The notes under the pieces are model-generated. The model had not been told where the DNA came from. It searched no databases and saw only the letters and a program-made list of their open reading frames with translations. A stretch of 57,195 nt of DNA. Source: Candidatus Bathyarchaeia archaeon. Lineage in GTDB: Archaea; Thermoproteota; Bathyarchaeia; Bathyarchaeales; Bathycorpusculaceae. A program made the position numbers and the translations under genes. Every line of letters starts with the position of its first letter. The first letter of the stretch is position 1. The stretch lies in assembly GCA_050012755.1 (NCBI GenBank), contig JBEKGO010000009.1:1-57195 (forward strand). The letters run 5' to 3'. Below are positions 1 to 9,820 of the stretch, piece after piece.

Positions 1-459
1 GAGTTCATGCTTGAATTAATCGAGAAATATCATCTCGCTTACGTGGAAGACCCGTTCCAAGAGGAAGATTATGAAAGCTTCGCCGCGTTAACTCGGAAAG
101 TTAAAAACTGCTTGATTTGCGGAGATGATTTGTTCACAACAAATACTGAAAGGTTAAATAATGGAATCAAGATTAACGCTGGAAACGCTATCATCATTAA
201 AGTCAACCAGGTAGGCACTCTGTCTGATGCAGCTTCAACAATTGAAACTGCACAGCGACATGGTTATGACCCAGTGGTGTCACATCGCTCAGGAGACACC
301 TGTGATTGGCACATCGCTCATTTGGCTGTAGCGTATAACTGCTCCCTAATCAAAACAGGCGTAGTTGAAGGCACACGAATAGCCAAACTCAACGAGTTAA
401 TAAGAATTGAGCATTTCCTTGGGAACAGGGCCAAAATGGCTGATTTAAAAATGCGCTAA
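1..459 (+). CDS. eno: Enolase, C-terminal part (5' truncated by window edge)
   Basis: [36 protein letters not shown] and R[11 protein letters not shown] motifs; frame open to position 1. Confidence 0.95.
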   Translation, partial: EFMLELIEKYHLAYVEDPFQEEDYESFAALTRKVKNCLICGDDLFTTNTERLNNGIKINAGNAIIIKVNQVGTLSDAASTIETAQRHGYDPVVSHRSGDTCDWHIAHLAVAYNCSLIKTGVVEGTRIAKLNELIRIEHFLGNRAKMADLKMR

Positions 460-475
460 TAGAGAAAGTGAAAAA

Positions 476-1249
476 ATGTCAGAGGACGAAACTAAAGAAA
501 ATCAACCAGTAAAAAACGAAGAAGAACCTCAAGCAGAAAACATAGAGGAACCTGTACAAGAAGAAAAAATTGAAGAAGCCCAAGAGAAGCAGCCAGCGGA
601 AGAAGAAAAAGCTCAAGAAGCCCCGCCTACGGAGGAACTCCTCCTACCAAGAGACACATTGCTGTCAGCAGGCATTCACATTGGCACCCGAATGAAAACC
701 CTAGATATGGAACCCTTCATCTACCGAGTAAGGCCAGACGGATTATTCGTACTTGACGTTAAGAAAACAGATGACCGAATAAGAGTCACGGCAAAGTTTC
801 TCTCACGCTATGAACACTCGAAAGTAGCGGTTGCAGCAACAAGACTTTATGCTCAAGAACCAATCAAAAAATTTTGTCAACTAACAGGTGCAACCCCATT
901 AATCGGACGCTTCATACCTGGACAATTAAGCAATCCACAGTATCCAGGCAGAATCGACCCAGAAGTCATAGTTGTTTCCGACCCGAGAGCAGACGCACAG
1001 GCAGTCAAAGAAGCATCGAAAGTCGGTATACCGATAGTTGCATTATGCAGCACAGACAATGAGTTCGCAGGCGTGGACTTAGTTATTCCAACAAACAACA
1101 AAGGCCGAAGGGCATTAGCAGTCATTTTCTGGTTACTCGCGAGACAAGTCCTTAGGGAAAGAGGCGAATTAGGACCAGACAAAGATCCACCAGCAACGAT
1201 AGATGACTTCGAAGCAAAAGTCACACGGGAAGAGGAGGAGGAACCCTAA
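476..1249 (+). CDS. rps2: 30S ribosomal protein S2 (uS2) with ~50-aa acidic N-terminal extension
   Basis: LSAGIHIGT, GRFIPG, DPRADAQAVKEA, IPTNNKGRRAL motifs. Confidence 0.97.
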   Translation: MSEDETKENQPVKNEEEPQAENIEEPVQEEKIEEAQEKQPAEEEKAQEAPPTEELLLPRDTLLSAGIHIGTRMKTLDMEPFIYRVRPDGLFVLDVKKTDDRIRVTAKFLSRYEHSKVAVAATRLYAQEPIKKFCQLTGATPLIGRFIPGQLSNPQYPGRIDPEVIVVSDPRADAQAVKEASKVGIPIVALCSTDNEFAGVDLVIPTNNKGRRALAVIFWLLARQVLRERGELGPDKDPPATIDDFEAKVTREEEEEP

Positions 1250-1253
1250 CCCG

Positions 1254-2105
1254 TTGCCGACGATTCGGCGTCCAAATGTAGCAGGCCAATTTTATGAAGC
1301 CGACGCCGAAGCGCTCAGAGCACAAATTAAAAATTGTTTTCTCCATCCAATCGGTCCAAAAAAAATTCCAGAAGTAAACTTGCACATCCAGCCTAGAAAT
1401 ATTGTTGGCTTGATTTGTCCACATGCAGGGTACATGTACTCTGGTCCTGTGGCAGCATCTGCGTATTTTGAGTTAGCGTTAGATGGTAAACCAGATACAG
1501 TTGTGCTTTTAGGTCCTAACCACACGGGATACGGCAGCGCCTTGAGCCTAATGAGTGAAGGCGTTTGGCAAACACCTCTCGGCAACGTGGAAATCGACTC
1601 CAAAATGGCAAACGACATACTCCACGAAACCGGCATCATTGACGTTAACGAGCTTGCGCACCGCTATGAACATTCCCTTGAGGTGCAGTTGCCTTTCCTT
1701 CAGTTCCTCTATGGTAACAGGTTCAAGATTGTTCCAATTTGTTTTCTGATGCAAGATTATTCCTCCGCCGTTGAAGTTGGACGGGCGCTCGAAGAAGCCC
1801 TAGACGCTACAAACACTGTAGTCATTGCTTCTTCGGACATGACGCATTACGAGCCCGCAAAAACGGCAGCTGCAAAAGACAACGTAGCAGTTAAGGCAAT
1901 TACAGATTTGGATGCAAAAAGATTCTATGAAACAATTGAAAAACAAAACATCACGGCATGCGGCTATGCGCCAATAACAGCATTAATCACCTATGCAAAA
2001 GGGGTCTGCGCCAAAGCTCAACTTTTGAACTACCATAACAGCGGCGACATAACAGGCGACCACTCAAGTGTAGTTGGCTACGCAGCTGTAAGCTTTAGGA
2101 AATAG
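1254..2105 (+). CDS. MEMO1-family protein (AmmeMemoRadiSam protein B)
   Basis: RRPNVAGQFY, CPHAGYMYSG, LGPNH, EHSLEVQLPFL, ASSDMTHY, TACG; TTG at 1254 chosen because it follows the rps2 stop. Confidence 0.93.
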   Translation: MPTIRRPNVAGQFYEADAEALRAQIKNCFLHPIGPKKIPEVNLHIQPRNIVGLICPHAGYMYSGPVAASAYFELALDGKPDTVVLLGPNHTGYGSALSLMSEGVWQTPLGNVEIDSKMANDILHETGIIDVNELAHRYEHSLEVQLPFLQFLYGNRFKIVPICFLMQDYSSAVEVGRALEEALDATNTVVIASSDMTHYEPAKTAAAKDNVAVKAITDLDAKRFYETIEKQNITACGYAPITALITYAKGVCAKAQLLNYHNSGDITGDHSSVVGYAAVSFRK

Positions 2106-2333
2106 CTTTCGAGTTTTATTTTTCCAAAAGTAGTGGACAATGGCGCCGCTTGTCAGATTTTGAGGTTCTTTAACTACTGAGTTGGCATTAGGAAGCAACC
2201 ACTGGTCACATTGCGTTTACCTATCGATTGTAGGCATCAAGCTGTAACAACAATATTTTATATTCATAGGAATCATTAGCAAATTATCCGAGAAAAATGC
2301 AAAAGGGTAGCCATCAGTTAGGCGGTCTGGCTG

Positions 2334-2537
2334 CTAGCATGGGAGAAGGCACCTTTGCCCACCATATTTCTCTGCCTTTTCTCTGTTAACGCATGGCTTG
2401 ACCAACCTAACTCTTATTTTGTCCACTAACCGTAAAACCTGAAAATAACAGTTGCTTGTAGTTACAGATGAAGAATTAATTGAAGGAATGCAAAACACCC
2501 TTTCTTTGTTCTTTGTTTTGACTACTGTAAAAGACAA
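2334..2537 (-). CDS. Possible small Cys-containing hypothetical protein
   Basis: 67-aa ORF with TTG start and 5 Cys, co-oriented with neighbouring micro-ORFs; no family recognised. Confidence 0.3.
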   Translation of the reverse strand: MSFTVVKTKNKERVFCIPSINSSSVTTSNCYFQVLRLVDKIRVRLVKPCVNREKAEKYGGQRCLLPC

Positions 2538-2689
2538 TCAAGCAATTAGTTAGCGTGTTCTGTTTCCAACAACCTCTCTTCGAGAAAACACTTGCTGTTT
2601 AGGTGGTCTGAATCGGAACATTTGGTCAATGATGAATCATTGATGTTTTTTCTTTCGCCATTTAAACCGTTCTTTGTAAAGAAAAAAAA

Positions 2690-2782
2690 TTATAGGTGTC
2701 CACCGAGAACACCCGCGACTATTGAAACAATAAAAAGTACAATAATACCTATAACTACGATTTTTTTGGTCTTAGACTTCAT
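2690..2782 (-). CDS. 30-aa single-TM microprotein MKSKTKKIVVIGIIVLFIVSIVAGVLGGHL
   Basis: Manually translated; basic N-terminus plus ~20-aa hydrophobic stretch; ATG overlaps the end of the upstream ORF; A-run on + (T-run on -) after the stop. Confidence 0.65.
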   Translation of the reverse strand: MKSKTKKIVVIGIIVLFIVSIVAGVLGGHL

Positions 2783-2912
2783 TTGGAAATTGCTCCATCT
2801 TCATAGAAGGATGATACCATCGCCAAATCAAGGCGGCAACTCTTTCTGAATAACCATAGTTAGGCAGTTTGCTAAATACTTCATCTGTTTTCTGGTCACT
2901 CTGCTTAGGCAT
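2772..2912 (-). CDS. 46-aa microprotein MPKQSDQKTDEVFSKLPNYGYSERVAALIWRWYHPSMKMEQFPNEV
   Basis: Manually translated ATG-TAA ORF with protein-like composition (GYS..A..IW.WY), overlapping the start of the next micro-ORF. Confidence 0.55.
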   Translation of the reverse strand: MPKQSDQKTDEVFSKLPNYGYSERVAALIWRWYHPSMKMEQFPNEV

Positions 2913-3199
2913 AACTTTTCTTTGTTAGACTTCAATTTATACTTTCAGAATTCTGAATAAAACTTGTAGATATGTACGACACAAATACAAAGATGATTTG
3001 GTAGTCTTCCGATTGGTCCTTTGAGTTCTCTTAACAATGTCTCGTGACATTCATTAGAATACTTCTTTGCTCACATCAATCGCTCAACGTATTTTTACGG
3101 TAATATGTTTTTTATGTCGAGTTTAAGGGATCTTTAACTCTTGAGAAAACACTTGCTTTACGAATCCTTTTTCACTTCGTAAGACTGTTGAAGTTGAAA

Positions 3200-4183
3200 C
3201 TAATTTACTTTGACAGGTTGAATAACGCTTTTTGAAGATTTGGCTGTTTCATTTCCTAAGAATTTAGCATAGACGTTTCCTGCATTTTTTCGCCAAGTTA
3301 TGGACCTAGCTTTCCAACTTATGTTAAATGCACCATTTTGATTTGTACGTCCGAACGCTAGCCAATCGTCGCCAAAGATGGATTTAATTTTATAAATTCT
3401 AATTTCAGCTCCAGCGATGCCTTTTCCCGAATTAGTCTCAGAAAGCATTCCTTGAAAAGATACATTATTACCTTTTGTGATATTATCCTGTGCGGCAAAC
3501 AATTCTAGTTTGGTTTCAATTGGACCGCTTCTTGGGGGAACTTCCGTTTCCGCAGTTGAAATTGGTGCCGTTTGAGGTAATTCTCCTGTTTTTGGTGGTG
3601 GCAAAGCATCTTCTGTTTTTGGTGGTGGTAGAATAGCTTCTGTTTCGGGGGGTGGCAAAACACCTGAGGATACCTCTGGGGCTTCGATTTTTGGAGTGCT
3701 GGTCTCTACCTCATTTGCTTTTTCGGAGTCTGACAATCCTTCAGGTGCTGTTTCTGAAGACGAAACTGTTTCTTCGGTTTTGACAGAAACAACATTTTCC
3801 TCACTTGCTTTCTTTGCGACTGACAAATCTTCAATTTCCGCATCACAGCTACTTCTAACCACTTTGATACCGTTAAGGCATCCTTCCTTCGATTCGTATC
3901 CTTCCCCCTCCGCAATAATCTCACCGTTTGCAGCTTTTAGACGAAACCTGAACTCACCTGAAGTGTCCTTGTAGATTTGGTATTTCGGATTAGGCACTTT
4001 GTGACCTTTTATCGTTAAGTCTTCAATTTCTGCGCCACAATTCTTCTGAATACTTCGTATTCCATTAATGCAGCTTGCATGTTGCACATAGGCTTCACCC
4101 ACAGCGACAATTTGGTTGTTTCCAGCTCTTAGGCGAAAACGAAATTTGCCCGCAACATCCTTATACACTTGAAACTTCGGCAT
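3200..4183 (-). CDS. YegP/DUF1508 tandem-domain protein with Pro-rich linker and C-terminal Ig-like beta domain
   Basis: Two F/Y-Q-x-YKD-xx-G-x-FRFRL-x-A-x-N-xx-I-x-A-x-GE-x-Y repeats; C-terminal G-x-L...GKGIAGAEIRIY...TNQNGAF..W pattern. Confidence 0.85.
   Translation of the reverse strand: MPKFQVYKDVAGKFRFRLRAGNNQIVAVGEAYVQHASCINGIRSIQKNCGAEIEDLTIKGHKVPNPKYQIYKDTSGEFRFRLKAANGEIIAEGEGYESKEGCLNGIKVVRSSCDAEIEDLSVAKKASEENVVSVKTEETVSSSETAPEGLSDSEKANEVETSTPKIEAPEVSSGVLPPPETEAILPPPKTEDALPPPKTGELPQTAPISTAETEVPPRSGPIETKLELFAAQDNITKGNNVSFQGMLSETNSGKGIAGAEIRIYKIKSIFGDDWLAFGRTNQNGAFNISWKARSITWRKNAGNVYAKFLGNETAKSSKSVIQPVKVN
3583..3663 (-). repeat. Intragenic 27-bp tandem repeat x3 (LPPP[KE]T[EG]xx)
   Basis: ctgttt-starting units at 3586, 3613 and 3640. 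Confidence 0.85.
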
Positions 4184-4379
4184 AAAAAACCCAATTGATT
4201 ATTCAGACATAGTTATACAAAAACTTTGTCCTTAGATGTTTATGTGATGCACTAACGATTTGAAGGGCTTCAAAGACAAAGAAATCTGCTGAAGGAACTC
4301 ATTTTTGGCGGCATCAACATAAAAGAACTATACATAAGAAACAACTTGCACAAAGAAAGAGAACAATAAAGACAATGTT

Positions 4380-4534
4380 CTATTTCTCTTTCTTCTCTTC
4401 ACCCTTAACACCTTTCTTTAATCCTGAGCCAATTCCTTTTGCCACGCCAAACCCCTTCTTGAGACCTTTCCCAACGACTTCACCTGACTTCTCAGCAGTC
4501 TTTTCAACTTTGCCTTCTCTTCAGCCTTTCCCAA
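4380..4534 (-). pseudogene. Disrupted Lys/Gly-rich amphipathic microprotein, paralog of 39678-39815
   Basis: GGAGGT RBS then TTG (4532-4534) reads MGKAEE. The conserved frame GKVEKTAEKSGEVVGKGLKKGFGVAKGIGSGLKKGVKGEEKKEK* is one base out of register and bounded by an in-frame TGA at 4521-4523. Confidence 0.65.
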
Positions 4535-5068
4535 AACTCTTTACCTCCAACACAGGCAAATTTCCTGCTGAACTCAACTTCGGATTATTCTCCATATATG
4601 TTATTGCAAAACGCATTCTCAACCACTCAAACATGCCAATGATAACCGCATGTTTCAATACCAGTTATCAATTGAAGCCCTTCTCATGTACTTGCTTCCA
4701 CGAGTAACTGATATATTCCTGATACTGAAATATGCCTTTTAAGTGCTAAATTCACTTGGTTTTTTGAGGAGCAAGAAGAGCTCCTGACTAAAAAACGGAG
4801 GAGGTTTTTCCTCCCAATCAAGAGGGAACACATCCCTCTTTTGTTTATTGTTTTTCTAAGCTCTAAATAATTCCATACAAAGAAACGCTTGACTATCCTA
4901 GTTTCCGCCAACCTCACATTCGAGAGGTTTGCGCCTAATTTTAGGCGTTATTTTTCTCCATAACTTAGGTTATAGTGTGGATATTGTATAGTTTTTGGTA
5001 TAAATACATGATATACGAATGTTTTTATTACAATGGCACAATAGCTTTCTTCCAAGGTGAAAAATTAA

Positions 5069-6010
5069 ATGGGCAAAGGGTCAGGTTACGGAAAAGTAAT
5101 TTTATTTGGCGAACACTTCGTTGTCCACGGTGTGCCGGGAATTGTCTCAGCTATTGATTCAACCACGGATACTGAAGTCAAAAAAGGCTCAAAAGGGCTC
5201 CAAATTAATGATGAACGTAAAACCGCTAAAGGCTACAGCGAAGAAAAACGTCTCCAACAAATAGAATCAATCGAGAGAATGTTAAAAACCATGGGCATCG
5301 ACCCCAAAATCGGGCTTAACATCTGGATTGGCGGAACACTTCCAGGCTTCAGCGGGCTAGGCGCTTCGGCAGCAAGCAGTGTCGCCATTGCAAGAGCCAT
5401 CGCCCAAGAACTCGGCATGCAAATTCCTGACGGGAAAATTAATCAAATCGCCTATGAAGCGGAAAAGGCGTATGCTGGCAATCCTTCAGGAATCGACAAC
5501 ACCGCTGCAACTTACGGCGGCTTAATGTGGTTTAGAAAAGATGTGGCTGGTGGACCAGACAAAATAGAAAAACTCCGTGTACGCAGACCAATCGAAATCG
5601 TAATAGGCAGTACAGGCAAAGTCGCAAACACCAAAGCCATGGTCGAAGGCGTCGCCGAACGTAAAAAGAAAAACCCGCAAAAATACGACCCCATTTTCAA
5701 ACAAGCTGAAAACTTAGCTATTGCGGGGCGAAGGGCACTGGAAGCTTATGACATTAAGAAAGTTGGCGAACTCATGAACGAAAACCATCGCCTTCTCCAA
5801 GAAATCGGCGTATCCAGTAAAGAACTAGACATGCTAGTTGATCTAGCCCGAAGGCAAGGTGCTTTTGGAGCAAAACTTACTGGTGGCGGAGGTGGAGGAT
5901 GTATGGTGGCAGTAACGCCTGGAAAGGATTTGCAGGGCAAAGTTCTAAGCGCCATCAAAAGCCTAGGTTTCGAAGTGTTAAGCACGAAAATTGGCGTAGA
6001 AAAATATTGA
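5069..6010 (+). CDS. mvk: Mevalonate kinase (GHMP family)
   Basis: GKVILFGEHFVVHG, P-x-x-SGLGASAA, PSGIDN, GAKLTGGGGGG; heads the isoprenoid operon. Confidence 0.95.
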   Translation: MGKGSGYGKVILFGEHFVVHGVPGIVSAIDSTTDTEVKKGSKGLQINDERKTAKGYSEEKRLQQIESIERMLKTMGIDPKIGLNIWIGGTLPGFSGLGASAASSVAIARAIAQELGMQIPDGKINQIAYEAEKAYAGNPSGIDNTAATYGGLMWFRKDVAGGPDKIEKLRVRRPIEIVIGSTGKVANTKAMVEGVAERKKKNPQKYDPIFKQAENLAIAGRRALEAYDIKKVGELMNENHRLLQEIGVSSKELDMLVDLARRQGAFGAKLTGGGGGGCMVAVTPGKDLQGKVLSAIKSLGFEVLSTKIGVEKY

Positions 6011-6021
6011 GGCGAGGCAAA

Positions 6022-7332
6022 TTGGGTCTTAGAAGCTTTATAGAAGCGTTAGATAAAAAGGGCGAATTAACCAGAATAACAAATCCAGTTTCAACTGAGT
6101 ACGAAATGGCTGGAATAATAAGTGCTCTAGACGAGAAACCAGTCTATTTTGAAAAAGTCAAAGAATCAAGCTACCCCGTTGTAGCAGGTCTCATATCTTC
6201 AAAAGACCTCATTGCACGATCATTAGAAATAGGCAAAGACCAGCTACTACCTAAACTGTCTTCTGCCCTTGAGCATCCGCTGCCACCACAAGTTACAAAG
6301 AAAGGTGAATGCCAAGAAGTAATTGAAAATAATGTTGATTTAACTAAGCTACCTATAATGCGGTACACGGAAAAGGACGGCGGAAAATACATTTCATCCG
6401 CTGTTTCCATAATAGAAGACCCTGAATTCAGAACCCAAAATATGTGTTTCCACAGACTAATGGTGGTGGACAAGAACAGGTTTGTAGCCAGAATCGTTGA
6501 GAACAGAGGAACAGACACAGCCCTCAAGAAGGCTGGTGGAGAACTAGATATAGCCATTTGTATAGGTAACTCAACCGCTGTTCTCCTATCTGCAGCAACA
6601 ACTATGCCTATGGGTGTTGACGAGTTGGGGATGGCTAACGCGCTTGAAAAAACAGCATTAGTGCAGTGTAAAACCGTTGACCTTAAAGTGCCCCAAAACT
6701 GCGAAATAGTTTTAGAAGGAAGAATAACAAAGGAAAAAACCGCTGAAGGACCATTTCTGGACACAACAGGAACAATCGACCGCATAAGACAGCAACCCAT
6801 AATTGAAATTAAATGCGTCACACACAGAGAAAACCCGATCTTTCAAACCTTACTTCCAGGAAGAAGGGAACATCAATTCTTAATGGGAATGCCTAAAGAA
6901 CCAACAATCTTCAATGAAGTAAACAAAGTCTGCGAATGCAAAGACGTTTACATAACACCCGGCGGATGCAGTTGGCTTCACGCTGTTGTACAAATAAAAA
7001 AGAAAAACTCCGATGACGGGAAAAAAGCCATAAGCGCTGCTTTCGAAGGACATAAGTCGCTCAAGCACTGCGTCATCGTGGATGACGATATAGACATCTA
7101 TAATCCTCATGATGTCGAGTGGGCTATCGCAACAAGATTCCAAGCAGACAAAAACGCTATAATCTTGCCAAAGCAGGCCGGGTCATCTTTGGATCCCTCG
7201 GGAGATTTGACTGAGGGTAAAAAGGCAACCACTTGCAAGATGGGGTTAGATGCCACAATTCCCTTTGGAAAAACAGATAAAAGCTTCACGAAAGAACAAT
7301 ACCGAAAAGTTGATTTAAACAAGTTCTTGTGA
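6022..7332 (+). CDS. UbiD-family decarboxylase, probable trans-anhydromevalonate phosphate decarboxylase
   Basis: EIVLEG, EGPF, THRENPIF, VDDDIDI, VEWAIATRFQ, SSLDPS, KMGLDAT; located between mvk and the AcnX genes. Confidence 0.88.
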   Translation: MGLRSFIEALDKKGELTRITNPVSTEYEMAGIISALDEKPVYFEKVKESSYPVVAGLISSKDLIARSLEIGKDQLLPKLSSALEHPLPPQVTKKGECQEVIENNVDLTKLPIMRYTEKDGGKYISSAVSIIEDPEFRTQNMCFHRLMVVDKNRFVARIVENRGTDTALKKAGGELDIAICIGNSTAVLLSAATTMPMGVDELGMANALEKTALVQCKTVDLKVPQNCEIVLEGRITKEKTAEGPFLDTTGTIDRIRQQPIIEIKCVTHRENPIFQTLLPGRREHQFLMGMPKEPTIFNEVNKVCECKDVYITPGGCSWLHAVVQIKKKNSDDGKKAISAAFEGHKSLKHCVIVDDDIDIYNPHDVEWAIATRFQADKNAIILPKQAGSSLDPSGDLTEGKKATTCKMGLDATIPFGKTDKSFTKEQYRKVDLNKFL

Positions 7333-7337
7333 TTAGC

Positions 7338-8537
7338 ATGCATCTGACAGAAAAAGAGCATAAAATGCTGGACGGCGATGAAGGCTACGCTGTCCAGAAA
7401 AGCATGGAAATTCTCGTCGCCCTCGGCGACATATTCGGCGCAAAAAGCTTAATCAAAGTTGGCAGCGTCCAAGTCGCAGGAGTATCCTACCACAACCTAG
7501 GCGACGCAGGCTTAGAATTCCTTAACGAGTTAGCCAAAGACGGCAGAGTAAAAGTGCTAACCACCCTAAATCCTGCAGGAATGGACCTAGAAAATTGGCA
7601 ACAACTAGGAATCAGCCCAGAATTTGCCGAAAAACAAAATCTTGTAATCGATGCTTTTAAACGTATGGGCATACTTACCAGCTGCACATGCACGCCTTAC
7701 TTGATTGGCAATTTGCCAATCTACGGCGAACACGTCGCATGGTCTGAATCATCAGCGGTTACATTTGCAAACTCGGTGCTTGGCGCAAAAACGAATCGTG
7801 AAGGCGGCCCCTCGGCATTGGCAGCCGCTTTTGTTGGCAAAACACCCTGCTATGGGTTGCATTTGGATGAGAACAGAGTCCCCGATGTCCACGCGCAAGT
7901 CAATTCACCTTTATCAAAGCTTTCAGATTGGGGAGCATTGGGCTATGCGATTGGCAAAAAGGCAGAAAACAAAATCCCATACATCACAGGCATAAAAGCG
8001 GCTGAACTGGACGAGCTCAAATCGTTCTGTGCTTCCGTTGTAACTTATGGCGCAAAACCACTCTTTTACATAAAAGGCATAACACCTGGAGCCGAATTGC
8101 AAACTCAACCCAAAGAGAGTATGTCAATCGAGCAAAGTGACATCAAAAATGCTTACGACAACATTAACGATGAAGTAAGCGATATTGAACTTGTCTGCGT
8201 CGGTTGCCCACATTGTTCAATTAACGAAATCGCCAAAGTTGCTGAGCTGCTCAAAGGCAAAAAGGTGGCTGAAGGCACAGAATTTTGGGTTGCCACTTCA
8301 AGAACGGCTAAGCAGCTGGCAGATAAACGAGGCTACACCCAAGCCATTGAAGCGGCTGGAGCCAAATTTGCCTGCGACACGTGCATGGCAGTTGCACCAC
8401 TTAAAGGAAGGTTTAAATCGTTAGCAACAACCTCAGCTAAAGGCTGTTTCTACTCGAGACAGAATAACATGAAAACAAAAATGGGCAGCATCGAAGAATG
8501 TGTACAGGCAGCGGTGACCGGAAAATGGAACAGCTAA
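7338..8537 (+). CDS. Aconitase X large subunit (DUF521), phosphomevalonate dehydratase large subunit
   Basis: [42 protein letters not shown] motifs; operon context. Confidence 0.92.
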   Translation: MHLTEKEHKMLDGDEGYAVQKSMEILVALGDIFGAKSLIKVGSVQVAGVSYHNLGDAGLEFLNELAKDGRVKVLTTLNPAGMDLENWQQLGISPEFAEKQNLVIDAFKRMGILTSCTCTPYLIGNLPIYGEHVAWSESSAVTFANSVLGAKTNREGGPSALAAAFVGKTPCYGLHLDENRVPDVHAQVNSPLSKLSDWGALGYAIGKKAENKIPYITGIKAAELDELKSFCASVVTYGAKPLFYIKGITPGAELQTQPKESMSIEQSDIKNAYDNINDEVSDIELVCVGCPHCSINEIAKVAELLKGKKVAEGTEFWVATSRTAKQLADKRGYTQAIEAAGAKFACDTCMAVAPLKGRFKSLATTSAKGCFYSRQNNMKTKMGSIEECVQAAVTGKWNS

Positions 8538-8911
8538 AAGGCAGATTAATATCAAAAGGCAAAGGCGAAGGAGAAGCCCTCGTCACATCACAGCCCATAT
8601 CCTTCTACGGCGGCGTAGATCCGAACACCGGTATCGTCATCGAAAAAGGACACGAACTCCAAGGACAAAGCATCAAAGATAAAATCCTCGTTTTCCCACA
8701 AGGTAAAGGTTCAACCGTCGGCTCCTACACACTCTATCGAATGAAGAGAAACGGCACAGCCCCAGCAGGTATGATAAACAAAGAATGCGAAACCATCGTT
8801 GCAGTTGGCGCCATCATCAGCGAAATTCCATGCGTCGACAAAATTGACATCTCTAAAATCAAAACAGGCGTCAAAGTCGCAGTAGAAAATGGCATTGTAA
8901 AGATTTTTTAG
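8525..8911 (+). CDS. Aconitase X small (swivel) subunit (DUF126), phosphomevalonate dehydratase small subunit
   Basis: [26 protein letters not shown]; overlaps the large-subunit stop. Confidence 0.92.
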   Translation: MEQLKGRLISKGKGEGEALVTSQPISFYGGVDPNTGIVIEKGHELQGQSIKDKILVFPQGKGSTVGSYTLYRMKRNGTAPAGMINKECETIVAVGAIISEIPCVDKIDISKIKTGVKVAVENGIVKIF

Positions 8912-9015
8912 TTGTTTTTTCTCAACTTCTGTTTAAGCATAGATTTGCCTTAATTCTAATATCGGTAATGCTTTTCAATAAGTGCTCTAATATCAAATGT
9001 AAAGGTGCAAAGAAA

Positions 9016-9819
9016 TTGAATGAGGCGAAACCAGTAATCCTAAAAATCGGCGGTTCAGCCATCACCGACAAAACAGAACAATTAGCCGCAAAAACCGAAA
9101 TCATAAATCGCCTAGCGGAAGAAATCAAGCGGGCAGACCTTGATAACTTGATTATTGTGCATGGCGGCGGCAGTTTTGGTCACCCCACCGCGGCAAAGTA
9201 TGGCATAAAAGATGGGTACAAAGAAGACCCAACACAAAAACTTGGGTTTGCCGAAACTCACCATGTTATGACTGTTCTTAACGGCTTAGTTATGGATGCT
9301 CTAATTTGGCACGAAGTTCCTGCCATAAGCGTTGCGCCGTCATGTTGCGTCATGACTAATAACGGTAAGATAAAATATTTTGATGAAACGGTGCTTAAAT
9401 CGATGCAGAAAATGGCGTTTACGCCTGTCATGTATGGCGATGCAGTTTTAGATGATAAGTTAGGTTTCACCGTTCTTTCTGGCGACCAACTGGTTGCTTA
9501 CTTAGCCATCAAATACAAGGCTTCAAAAATTGTTGTAGGCGTTGACACAGACGGCTTATTTGATGCAGACCCCAAAACTAACCCCAACGCTAAACCCTAC
9601 AAGCACTTAACCCTAGCAGAGTTAAAGGGTATTCAGCCTAAGATCGGCAAAACAGCAGGCACAGACGTTACCGGCGGCATGGCAGGCAAAATCGCTGAGC
9701 TTATCCCGGCCATTGAACAGGGTGTTCGTGTAACGATTACTGGCGCCACAAAAGGACTATCTATTTACAGGGCATTAACAGATCAAAGCGTCTTAGGCAC
9801 TGAAATTGAGAAGGCGTAA
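9016..9819 (+). CDS. ipk: Isopentenyl phosphate kinase
   Basis: LKIGGSAITDK, VHGGGSFGH, LSGD, DVTGGMAGK. Confidence 0.93.
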   Translation: MNEAKPVILKIGGSAITDKTEQLAAKTEIINRLAEEIKRADLDNLIIVHGGGSFGHPTAAKYGIKDGYKEDPTQKLGFAETHHVMTVLNGLVMDALIWHEVPAISVAPSCCVMTNNGKIKYFDETVLKSMQKMAFTPVMYGDAVLDDKLGFTVLSGDQLVAYLAIKYKASKIVVGVDTDGLFDADPKTNPNAKPYKHLTLAELKGIQPKIGKTAGTDVTGGMAGKIAELIPAIEQGVRVTITGATKGLSIYRALTDQSVLGTEIEKA

Positions 9820-9820
9820 G

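Noticed and set aside
2605-2650. ATGATGA and CTGA boxes suggesting a C/D sRNA
   Set aside because: Boxes are in the wrong order and no downstream D box or terminal stem is present
4521-4523. Selenocysteine read-through of the in-frame TGA
   Set aside because: No Cys-equivalent position in the paralog and no SECIS-like element recognised
4375-4707. 110-aa F/S/P-rich plus-strand ORF (and similarly 39669-39857)
   Set aside because: Antisense of the K/G-rich microprotein genes, which carry the RBS and the paralogy
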